From IMG/VR virus record IMGVR_UViG_3300050014_000310, positions 32,001-96,000 of that record: a stretch of DNA of 64,000 nucleotides, one strand, 5' to 3'. This document shows positions 45,093 to 53,030 of this stretch, piece by piece. Position numbers and translations under genes: made by a program. Origin of the DNA: a virus. The notes below the pieces were generated by a model that was not told the DNA's origin, did no database searches, and saw only the letters and a list, made by a program, of their open reading frames with translations. Every line of letters starts with the position of its first letter. Position 1 is the stretch's first letter.

Positions 45093-46463
45093 TTAAAGCT
45101 TCTTCATGGCCTCGCCGGCCTTGTTCCAGTTGTCGCAGGCAACCTCTGCCCGCTCCTCCATGGACGCCTGTTTCGTCTGGAAGGCATCCATGGCCGCTTT
45201 CTTGTTGCCGGCCACGACATCCAGGATGTCAGCATAGCCATTTGCAGCGGCGCGGCCCCGAATGTCCTGGATGCCCTGGCGGAACTTCCTGGTTGCTTCC
45301 AGCCGGGCGGCCTCGTCGGGAATCGCCAAGATCAAGGGGGCCATATCCTGGACGATCTTGCGGATGAAAGCATCGGCAGCGGTTTTCTTGGGCGCATCGG
45401 GGTCAGAAGCAGTCAGGGCATCCTTGGTTGCTTTATCCGCGGCCTCTTTCGCTTCGCGCTCCTTCTTCTCTTCCTCGGTCTCGTCCTTTTCCAGATCCTC
45501 TTTCAGGGCATCCAGAACGGAGTCGGCGGTTTCTTTCTTAGGTTCTTCTTTCTTCTCCGCGTCCTTGAGCGCTTCTACTTTGGATATGAGATCCTTCAAC
45601 GTGGCGCCGGATTCCTCGTCCCTGGCCGCCTTATCTTTGGCCGCCCTGTCCTGCTCCTCTTTGTAAGCCTTGAACCAGGCAGGCGGCTCCTCGTCCTTGA
45701 CCTCTTCTTTCTTCGGAGCATCCGGGGGCGCCTCGTCCTTGGCCTTCTTGTCCTTGCAGTCCTTGGCGTCATCCTCTTTCATGGCCTCGATCGCCTGGGC
45801 GATATCTTCCGGTTCCGCATCCTGCGCCATCTGCTTGAATCCGATAGCCTGCAGAATATCCTTAGTGAATTTTTTCATCTTGGGTCTCCTTCCTATTGGT
45901 TTTTCTTCCGATTTCACTTTCACGTTTTCCGGTGTTTCTTCCGGCTCCGCGTCGTGGATCGCTACCTTATGCCCTGCGCGGCCGTTCTGCACCACGGCCA
46001 CGTGATTGCCCACTATCTCCCGCTGCTCGTAACCACCGTCAATCTTGTGCCATGAGCAGTCATACCCACTACTGACTTCACGTTTGAGATCGTTTTGGAT
46101 CTCGGAGATCAATCCGGCATCCCGGACATGTAGATCGCCAACCAGGAATTCACCCTGCGGACGCACATTCTGGACATGGCCCCGCTCGATCGCCGAAGCC
46201 GTGTTCACATCCAGGTTGGCCGTGGGGTGCAAATTGGTGATCGGCTTGCCCTCAAAGCTGGCGATAGTGGTCGGGGAGAACAGTTCCTCGGGGCTCCGGT
46301 AAACCCTGACTTTTTTACCCATTGGCTCATTGAAGGATGCCGGAATCTCCTGCCCCTGGTAGTCCATCCAGCCGGTGCGACCCAGCGGAGTATTCAGGCA
46401 TAAAAGATAGCCTTCCGGGGTTACCTGCATATTAGGACTGATCTTGTCACCGTAGTAGTTCAC
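45093..46463 (-). CDS. Prohead protease/scaffold (DUF2213-like)
   Basis: TPEGYLLC...RTG...SFEGKPITNLHP...REVSSGYDC...NHVAVV..GRAG; charged C-terminal scaffold. Confidence 0.88.
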   Translation of the reverse strand: MNYYGDKISPNMQVTPEGYLLCLNTPLGRTGWMDYQGQEIPASFNEPMGKKVRVYRSPEELFSPTTIASFEGKPITNLHPTANLDVNTASAIERGHVQNVRPQGEFLVGDLHVRDAGLISEIQNDLKREVSSGYDCSWHKIDGGYEQREIVGNHVAVVQNGRAGHKVAIHDAEPEETPENVKVKSEEKPIGRRPKMKKFTKDILQAIGFKQMAQDAEPEDIAQAIEAMKEDDAKDCKDKKAKDEAPPDAPKKEEVKDEEPPAWFKAYKEEQDRAAKDKAARDEESGATLKDLISKVEALKDAEKKEEPKKETADSVLDALKEDLEKDETEEEKKEREAKEAADKATKDALTASDPDAPKKTAADAFIRKIVQDMAPLILAIPDEAARLEATRKFRQGIQDIRGRAAANGYADILDVVAGNKKAAMDAFQTKQASMEERAEVACDNWNKAGEAMKKL

Positions 46464-46505
46464 TGTTCACCACCTCGAATCAGAACAAAATTTCACGACA
46501 AAATG

Positions 46506-47231
46506 CTACATACCGGCAAGCCAATTCACTTTCAGTTTAGCGCCGGCTGCCGAGAACTCCAGGTTGTACGATGATCCGGCCATGATCGACAGATCCGATG
46601 TGAAGCTCGGGACATTGGCTGCCATGCTTGCCGCCAGTTTGATTGGGATGCCATCCTGCTTCAGCCACAAATCCCCTGCGGTATCGGACGTCACCATCAG
46701 GCGGGACCGCGTATTCATCGGGGAGACCCAGGGATTCTGCGCCCCTGCGGCTGTCTGCAGGATGCCCACGTCTGTGCCCTGGGCGGCAACGGCCCCTGCG
46801 GTCAGCTTCAGGGTAGACACAGCGATGTCCGTCGAAGTGCTTAATACCGTGGCGCCTGGCGTCACTACGACCTGGGATGCGCTGCTCTTGAGAGCGGATG
46901 TGATGACGTACTTGGAACTGGTGTAGGCGCAGGTAGCCGTCTTGTAGCTGGCCGGGACTCCGGTTAAAGCCTGCATCACGGACTGAATCTCACCGGCGAT
47001 GGCCGCTCCGGTGGCATCGGTGTTGGTGAGGACGATGTTTCGCGGGGTCGGGTCCCCGTCAAGCTGGATGTTGAAGTTCGGACCAGTAATGCCCGACAAG
47101 GTGGTGGCTGGGCTGGCCGCGGAAGTCAGAGTTCCAGCGGTAGCTGACCCTGAAGCAGTACCGACGACGAAGGTGCCATTGGCAATGGGAAAACCAACTT
47201 GCCTTACAATTTGAAGATTAGCGTCTGGCAA
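46506..47231 (-). CDS. Structural protein containing a sheath-like domain
   Basis: A/T/G-rich; FNIQLDGD...TGAAIAGEIQ...YVITS resembles the sheath middle domain. Confidence 0.65.
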   Translation of the reverse strand: MPDANLQIVRQVGFPIANGTFVVGTASGSATAGTLTSAASPATTLSGITGPNFNIQLDGDPTPRNIVLTNTDATGAAIAGEIQSVMQALTGVPASYKTATCAYTSSKYVITSALKSSASQVVVTPGATVLSTSTDIAVSTLKLTAGAVAAQGTDVGILQTAAGAQNPWVSPMNTRSRLMVTSDTAGDLWLKQDGIPIKLAASMAANVPSFTSDLSIMAGSSYNLEFSAAGAKLKVNWLAGM

Positions 47232-47350
47232 AGCATTTAGCCTCCTTTGATTGGAAATTGATGTTGAAAAAACGCCCCACGAAAGGAGGCGCTGTGAAAC
47301 CTAGGGGGGGAAGATTGAATTATGAAACCTATAGGAAAAGCGACAAGGCC

Positions 47351-47557
47351 TTACTTGTTCGAGATCGGATGATTCAGGATCTCTTCCATGCCGGATAGGT
47401 GACCAGCATTGTTGAATGCATCATGGCTTGTCTGCCGGGCATTTTCCTCAGCGGCGGCCTTTGCTTGATCGGGCGGGTGGCCGCTCTTGATCATTTCGGC
47501 TATGTTGTGGGAAATAACGGATTGACCGCTTCCTTCTTCTAGGGGAATCTTCATCAC
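47351..47557 (-). CDS. Small conserved phage protein (MPL..G.S..VIS.NI.E...G.P..QA type)
   Basis: Motif recognition; AAGGGGGTG RBS. Confidence 0.65.
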   Translation of the reverse strand: MMKIPLEEGSGQSVISHNIAEMIKSGHPPDQAKAAAEENARQTSHDAFNNAGHLSGMEEILNHPISNK

Positions 47558-47648
47558 CCCCTTTCGCTGGGCATGAAAAAACCGCCCGGAGGCGGCGGTC
47601 GATTCACTTAATTTTCTTGTGAAGCTCTCGCCCTTCTAAAGCGCGAGA

Positions 47649-47804
47649 TCAGGGCGTATCAGGCGGATCATTTTGCGGCGGTAAATCTACCACCTCAACC
47701 CCATAGTAGATATAATCACCCTCGTCAACCGGAGCTAACTGAATTACCATCTGAGTTTCCTGATCAAAATCAGGAATCGGAGCGTACACGTTTGGCCCTG
47801 GCAT
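47649..47804 (-). CDS. Small acidic protein (51 aa, MPGPNVYAPIPDFDQETQ...)
   Basis: Read manually; AAGGTGGTGA RBS. Confidence 0.5.
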   Translation of the reverse strand: MPGPNVYAPIPDFDQETQMVIQLAPVDEGDYIYYGVEVVDLPPQNDPPDTP

Positions 47805-47892
47805 GTCTACTCACCACCTTTTTAGCTATTGATTTTTTCTGTATTTTCCTCTATAATTGGAGTATAGTAAAAATTATATGAGGTGATTTTAA

Positions 47893-48528
47893 ATGGATAT
47901 GGCTTTTTGCTCCCACTGCAATACAGCGCATCCTGTGCCGCCCATAGGAACCCAAAATAAATATTGGCGTTGGCAAAGAAATAAATCCCTAAAAAACGGT
48001 GGTTATTTTGTATGCCAAAAATGGTATAAAAGTTATCAGCTAAACTATAAAAGAACAAAAGATGGATGGATAAGAATAACATATCTTACTCAAAGGAAAT
48101 CTTCCAAAGCCCGTAAACATCCTATGCCAAGTTATACATTTGAAGAGTTTAAGCAATGGGCATTTTCCCAATCTGAATTTGATACATTATTTGATGGCTG
48201 GATGAGCAACAATTACATTCAAGATTTAAGACCATCTGTAGATAGAATTAGTGATGATAAACCATATACCCTGGACAACATTCAGTTAATGACATTTAAA
48301 GAAAACCGCTTAGCTGGAGTGCGTGGGAGCAAAGCCCACAAAGCTTATGATAGAGTAAACTCCCTTCAAGGTCTTAAGGTGTATCAATATACACTGGACA
48401 ACAAACTTATTGCTTCTTACAAAAGTAGTCATGTTGCTTCTAAAATTACGGGGGTAGATTCTTCATCAATTAACAAATGTTGCAACGGCAAGCTTAAAAC
48501 TGCGGGTGGTTTCAAGTGGTGTCACTAA
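47893..48528 (+). CDS. HNH-like endonuclease with NUMOD1 domain, antisense to the late operon
   Basis: PSVDRISDDKPYTLDNIQL..FKEN; VYQYTLD...INKCCNGKLKTAGGFKW; own TTGATT-17-TATAAT promoter; AT-rich. Confidence 0.8.
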   Translation: MDMAFCSHCNTAHPVPPIGTQNKYWRWQRNKSLKNGGYFVCQKWYKSYQLNYKRTKDGWIRITYLTQRKSSKARKHPMPSYTFEEFKQWAFSQSEFDTLFDGWMSNNYIQDLRPSVDRISDDKPYTLDNIQLMTFKENRLAGVRGSKAHKAYDRVNSLQGLKVYQYTLDNKLIASYKSSHVASKITGVDSSSINKCCNGKLKTAGGFKWCH

Positions 48529-48574
48529 TCAGCGGTGAGGAATATGGGGCGCAAAATCTATTTGTTTACGCTAA

Positions 48575-48685
48575 TAAGAGTCTGCCTGCCGATGTTGACG
48601 TTGGTGTTCCCTGACGAATTGTTCAGATTCCAGTACGAGAAACCTGCATTCGACCTGTTGTTCCAGTTACCACTGAGTAAGGCAA
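48575..48685 (-). repeat. DGR template repeat (TR)
   Basis: 111 nt, non-coding, AAC-rich; aligns gap-free to the VR with 27 of 28 mismatches at TR adenines; enclosed by an ATATGGGGTGC/GCGCCCCATAT stem. Confidence 0.95.
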
Positions 48686-48708
48686 GCCGCACCCCATATC
48701 CCTTGATA

Positions 48709-48728
48709 TTGGGGGCTAACGCCCCCAA
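48709..48728 (-). promoter_or_regulatory. DGR target-recognition hairpin downstream of VR/IMH
   Basis: TTGGGGGC-GTTA-GCCCCCAA, 8-bp stem with 4-nt loop. Confidence 0.8.
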
Positions 48729-48734
48729 ACCCCC

Positions 48735-50330
48735 CTAAAGAGCTTTTCTAAGAAGCCGCCCGCCGACGTAGACGACGGTGAACCCCGACGAACCGTACAG
48801 ACCCCAGCACGAGAAACCCGCACCCGACCCGACGCCCCAGTCACCACCGAGCAAGGCAATATACTGGCCGCTCGAATTCTGGTAATAGTAGTCCGAGTAG
48901 TACGTCGAACTGCTACCACCTCCTGTCACCGGGAATTCTGCTTCTGGGTTGGCAGGATCGTATCCCATCGCTGAAGCCCAGTCATTAATGCCGTAGTTGG
49001 CATACGCAAGCTTTAGGTATGGGCTAGCAAACACGTTGCTGGCATACGATGCCGCGTTTTGGCATATCCATGCCTGATCATTGTTGACGTTTAGCCCGTC
49101 TACAAACTGCCAGATATCACCCCAGGGCGATTCAATTCCACGATAACAGCACGGTTGCAATCCACTTAAATTACTAACAGGGCTGCCACTCGATGCTGCT
49201 ATGCCAGACGAGAATCCGTTTTTCCAGCCAACATTGTACAGCATGTTGCCGATAGCGATATTGACCGCCGCACCATCGAAAACGATTGCCTTATCCCCAG
49301 CATCATACGTATTAATAGCGGTGATTGTACGCCCGTAGCATACTTGATTTCCGCCCTGGGTTGTGCCGATACCGATAGGCTGACCTACCGCATATAACGC
49401 AGCGGTGGCGTTGGCGACGACTATCTGATTGCCATTTGTCGTGGCGAAGGTCGCCAGATGCGTTGCAGTGTATTGACCGTTTGCCCAGCCCTGCATAATC
49501 GCCTGACTATTCAGCGTGGCAAACTCGATGTAAAACAATGTTTGCAGCATGTCTACAACGTGTATATCTAGTTGCTGATACCCATTTGTCCCGGCAACCC
49601 CAGTATTGTTGGCCTTAGCAAATGTACGGAAGTTGACGATAGTATCGTTGATATACGGAAAACCGCCGGAGACAGACTGCAATTTGCCACCGCTGACTGA
49701 GGCTTTGTATTTGCCCACGTCGATGTAGGGCAATTCAGTGCCGGTAGTGAAGTTCCAAAAACATTGAGGCAGGTAATAGCCAGAATAATTGGTTTTCGAG
49801 ACCTGCCAGGTTTTATAGCCTACGCCATCAGTTTTCTTGATATAGAACTTGGGGATGCGGATAAATGTATTTCCATGGGTATCGGTTACCTGCGTAATTT
49901 CTCCAAATATCGGGAGGCTATCAAAGTTATTTGTAGGGGTAGATCCATCCACGCCAGCATTTGCGACTAGCCCGACCGCCGAATCGGTTCTCGTCATGGT
50001 TGGATTCGATCCCTTATTCCAGGACACGCCCCAGACACGCGGATCTGTAAACGTGAACTGATCCGCTAAACCAGTCGCGCTGGTAGTGATTACAGTAATG
50101 TCTACTTCCGTACTGGCTGTGCCCGCTGGTGCTACCGCGGTAATCGAAGTTGACGAATTGACTGTAAATGATGTTGCAGGAGTAGTACCAAAATAAACAT
50201 TCTCTACCCCGACAAAACCTGTTCCAGCGATAACGACTGATGTTCCTCCAGTAGAAATGCCACCTTCCGGACTTATGCCCGTCACCACCTGGGGAGCACT
50301 TGCTAATTTTGTGCCGCCGAAGAAGCCCAT
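48735..50330 (-). CDS. DGR target protein: N-terminal IPT/TIG domain, C-terminal CLec-type variable domain
   Basis: YRGIESPWGDIWQFVDG...YYSDYYY...LLGGDW...AG..C......GGRL; VR at the 3' end. Confidence 0.9.
   Translation of the reverse strand: MGFFGGTKLASAPQVVTGISPEGGISTGGTSVVIAGTGFVGVENVYFGTTPATSFTVNSSTSITAVAPAGTASTEVDITVITTSATGLADQFTFTDPRVWGVSWNKGSNPTMTRTDSAVGLVANAGVDGSTPTNNFDSLPIFGEITQVTDTHGNTFIRIPKFYIKKTDGVGYKTWQVSKTNYSGYYLPQCFWNFTTGTELPYIDVGKYKASVSGGKLQSVSGGFPYINDTIVNFRTFAKANNTGVAGTNGYQQLDIHVVDMLQTLFYIEFATLNSQAIMQGWANGQYTATHLATFATTNGNQIVVANATAALYAVGQPIGIGTTQGGNQVCYGRTITAINTYDAGDKAIVFDGAAVNIAIGNMLYNVGWKNGFSSGIAASSGSPVSNLSGLQPCCYRGIESPWGDIWQFVDGLNVNNDQAWICQNAASYASNVFASPYLKLAYANYGINDWASAMGYDPANPEAEFPVTGGGSSSTYYSDYYYQNSSGQYIALLGGDWGVGSGAGFSCWGLYGSSGFTVVYVGGRLLRKAL
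48749..48859 (-). repeat. DGR variable repeat (VR)
   Basis: Last codons of the target gene; adenine-specific divergence from the TR. Confidence 0.95.
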
Positions 50331-50334
50331 ATGG

Positions 50335-51150
50335 TTAGCCCTCCTTCGCTGTGAAGGTGTGCCCGGTAGTAGCAGCAATGACGGAAATTAACTCGGTTTC
50401 GACGTAATTTCCATCCATGACAAATCCATTTCCGGGGGTCAATTCTATTGACGGTTCTCCGACAACCGCGCCTGTTCCGAACCTGAACCAGAGCGATTCC
50501 GTAGCCGCCGATGGATTCTGTATCAGGAAATAGTTTCGGTTAGAATTGGCTGCTGCTAATTGCTGAGCCGCGCCCCCTGTTGTGATAGTTCCGCTTCTGT
50601 CGGTGAGGGCTCCTTTTACTGCTATACTCCCAGAGATCGCGACAGGCAGCCCCGAGATCTTCCCATCCGTATCAACGGCCCCGTTCGCCGCTCCAACCTT
50701 CAACGCCGCCGCCAGATCACTATACCCCGACGTTGCAGTCCCTGCCGTGATCCGTATTTTCGACCCCGGCCCAACCGCACCCGAAGTCGTGACATACACC
50801 CCGCCTACGTAGGCAAACGTAATGCCCGCATAGGTGACGCCACCAACCCTCTGGATCGCCGATTGAACCGCAGCCGCTATCAGCAAACCAGTGGTCAATC
50901 CGGCCACGTTGACAACGACATTATGAACATTCCCGTTAACTGCATCGGCATCGGCAGAAATGTTGAAGTTGACGATCCCGGTCAGAGCCGAAACGTTGGT
51001 GCTCGGTGAAGAAGCGCCGGTCTCATAGCCTGTAGAGCAGATCGATTCCAGGAAGTTGGCGATGTTAAATGTGCCGCCGTATTCGTCGAGAATGCGGCCG
51101 GTATTCGGGGGTATATTATTGACTGTGGGGTTTGGCATGGGGATAACCAC
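50335..51150 (-). CDS. Structural protein with sheath-like domain and C-terminal beta-sandwich
   Basis: GASSPSTNVS...GGVYVTTS...DLAAALKVGAANGAVDTDG closely matches the sheath middle domain. Confidence 0.7.
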   Translation of the reverse strand: MVIPMPNPTVNNIPPNTGRILDEYGGTFNIANFLESICSTGYETGASSPSTNVSALTGIVNFNISADADAVNGNVHNVVVNVAGLTTGLLIAAAVQSAIQRVGGVTYAGITFAYVGGVYVTTSGAVGPGSKIRITAGTATSGYSDLAAALKVGAANGAVDTDGKISGLPVAISGSIAVKGALTDRSGTITTGGAAQQLAAANSNRNYFLIQNPSAATESLWFRFGTGAVVGEPSIELTPGNGFVMDGNYVETELISVIAATTGHTFTAKEG

Positions 51151-51298
51151 CTCTCCTGTGCTTGTATTTGGCGTTCCAGCCCTTTTAACAAACTGTACCT
51201 AATGTTGAGGATATCATTTAAGGATAATGACAACCGACAACACCTCGATTAAGCTACTTGATGCGCGGATAATTTCAGGAAACCAGCCAGCATACAAA

Positions 51299-52159
51299 TT
51301 ACGCTGCAAGTCTTAAAAATTCGCTCTTTGCCATCATCATTACTCGATTGTTGTGCCAAACCCTATGCGGGAACACAATCCGGTTAATGTCAATAATTGG
51401 CTCGGCATAGCACCTACAATTCCATATGTTTCCAGCATGGTACGGCGCAGGAATCGTCTTGGGTGGCTTCCCCATCAGGGTTTCAGGCCGGGGTGGTTCA
51501 TTCCAGAAAACGATCACATCATCCATCTTCTTGTGGCCTTCTCTGACCCTCTCGTCTTCACTTGTCCGCCAGATATAGGCACTGATGCCCATATCCTCGG
51601 CCCGAGCCTGCGTCAGGCTTGCTCCGGTTTTGCTGCACTCTGTCCGAGCGATCAACCGCGCCTTCGCCCTACTATTAGCCGGAAACATCTTCACGATATC
51701 CCCTGCGATGTCCTCAGCCCTTCTGCCTGCAATCGTTTCTTTCCCAACATACTCGGTCACATGGCCCGCGATATCCAGGGGCAACGTTTTTATCAGTTCA
51801 GCATTACGCAAAATCTGGAAATTAAACACGCCACCAACTGATCCGTTCAACTCATGCCGTAAGGCCTCGTAGATTAAACGTCCCTTCGATGATTCCCTCG
51901 CGGCTTCCCGCCAACTGTGAGCGCCATCGTGCAGGAGCATCGTCACCATGTTTTTTGCTACCTGGTCGGCGAAATCGTTGACTCGGTAAAGTGAGGTGAA
52001 GGATCTCAGGTTTCGTACCATCTGGAGCGGATCTTTTTCGTCTTTGATGATGCCGTATAGGGCATTGACGAGTTTTTGAAGCTGGGCGAGAAAGTTCTTT
52101 TCGATTCTGGGTTTTGAACTCCAAAAGTCGTATTTGCGGAGTGCGGCATCCATTGGCAT
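51299..52159 (-). CDS. Head morphogenesis protein (SPP1 gp7/Mu F-like)
   Basis: ARLIARTE...YIWRTSEDERVREGH...HAG.IWNCRCYAEP. Confidence 0.9.
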   Translation of the reverse strand: MPMDAALRKYDFWSSKPRIEKNFLAQLQKLVNALYGIIKDEKDPLQMVRNLRSFTSLYRVNDFADQVAKNMVTMLLHDGAHSWREAARESSKGRLIYEALRHELNGSVGGVFNFQILRNAELIKTLPLDIAGHVTEYVGKETIAGRRAEDIAGDIVKMFPANSRAKARLIARTECSKTGASLTQARAEDMGISAYIWRTSEDERVREGHKKMDDVIVFWNEPPRPETLMGKPPKTIPAPYHAGNIWNCRCYAEPIIDINRIVFPHRVWHNNRVMMMAKSEFLRLAA

Positions 52160-52242
52160 AGGGGATCACCTTGATTCTTGTCTTTATTCACTTCAAATAA
52201 AAAAGCACCCCGAAGGATGCCCTATTTTACTTATTATTTTAA

Positions 52243-52920
52243 TTATATATCATTAAGTTTTGCGAATTCACCAAAGAGTTCTGTCGCTGCCTTGTTGTAT
52301 GCAAGAGCGGCTTCTTCTTCTGTCTCATAATAGCCTAAACTTCGATTCCTACCATCATGCTTTATATATGCGTTGTATCGCTTCTTTCCTCTTTTATAGC
52401 AATAAACACCCTTATATTTACTAATGGTATTTTTGCGTTTATTAGTATTATGAAGATTTTCAGCATTTGTGCAAATTCTTAAGTTTTCTCTTCTATTATC
52501 ACAAGTATCATGGTTAATGTGATCAACGTACTGACCTTCTTGTGCATCGGTAATTATCCTGTGCATTAATTTGATCTTTCTATTAAAACGCGTAGATGGA
52601 TAACCTTGAGAACCAATACACCATGTATAATTCTTTATGAATTCAAAATCAATTTTATCAAAATAAAACTTTTTACCTTTTTGCGTGATGCCTACCATAC
52701 ACCCATCTTGTTCATAAAAAATGTTTTTTGATAAATTGCATCCTTCGGTACCACACGTTGTGGTCGATCCACTCATCAAATTAAATGATAGGGGATGCGT
52801 TTCCATCCCACAATCACAAATACATTTCCATCTAAACCTACCTCTGGATCGCTTTTCACTAGGTTCAACAACAGTCAATTTCCCAAATCTTTGCCCAGTT
52901 AAATCGACAAACTTACCCAT
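52243..52920 (-). CDS. HNH endonuclease with AP2 domain
   Basis: MHRII...VDHINHDTCDNRRENLRIC; SKYKGV...LGYYETEEEAALAYNKAA. Confidence 0.9.
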   Translation of the reverse strand: MGKFVDLTGQRFGKLTVVEPSEKRSRGRFRWKCICDCGMETHPLSFNLMSGSTTTCGTEGCNLSKNIFYEQDGCMVGITQKGKKFYFDKIDFEFIKNYTWCIGSQGYPSTRFNRKIKLMHRIITDAQEGQYVDHINHDTCDNRRENLRICTNAENLHNTNKRKNTISKYKGVYCYKRGKKRYNAYIKHDGRNRSLGYYETEEEAALAYNKAATELFGEFAKLNDI

Positions 52921-53028
52921 AACAATAGCACCTCCTGTAGTGTTTTCCTGATTTTTATTTGTGGGAAAGGCGGTCAGGAAACCGCCCTTGTCAGGTGTAC
53001 AGCCCTATCCCACAATGTAATTATACCA
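52921..53028 (-). ncRNA. Conserved structured leader, copy 3 (with extended -10 TGGTATAAT)
   Basis: TTGTGGGATAGGG..CCTGACAAGGGCGGT-ttcctg-ACCGCCTTTCCCACAA...TCAGGAAAACACTACAGGAGGTG. Confidence 0.7.
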
Positions 53029-53030
53029 TA

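Noticed and set aside
48535-48919. Short ORFs overlapping the TR/VR
   Set aside because: Incidental frames across the non-coding TR and the target gene end; not Avd-like.
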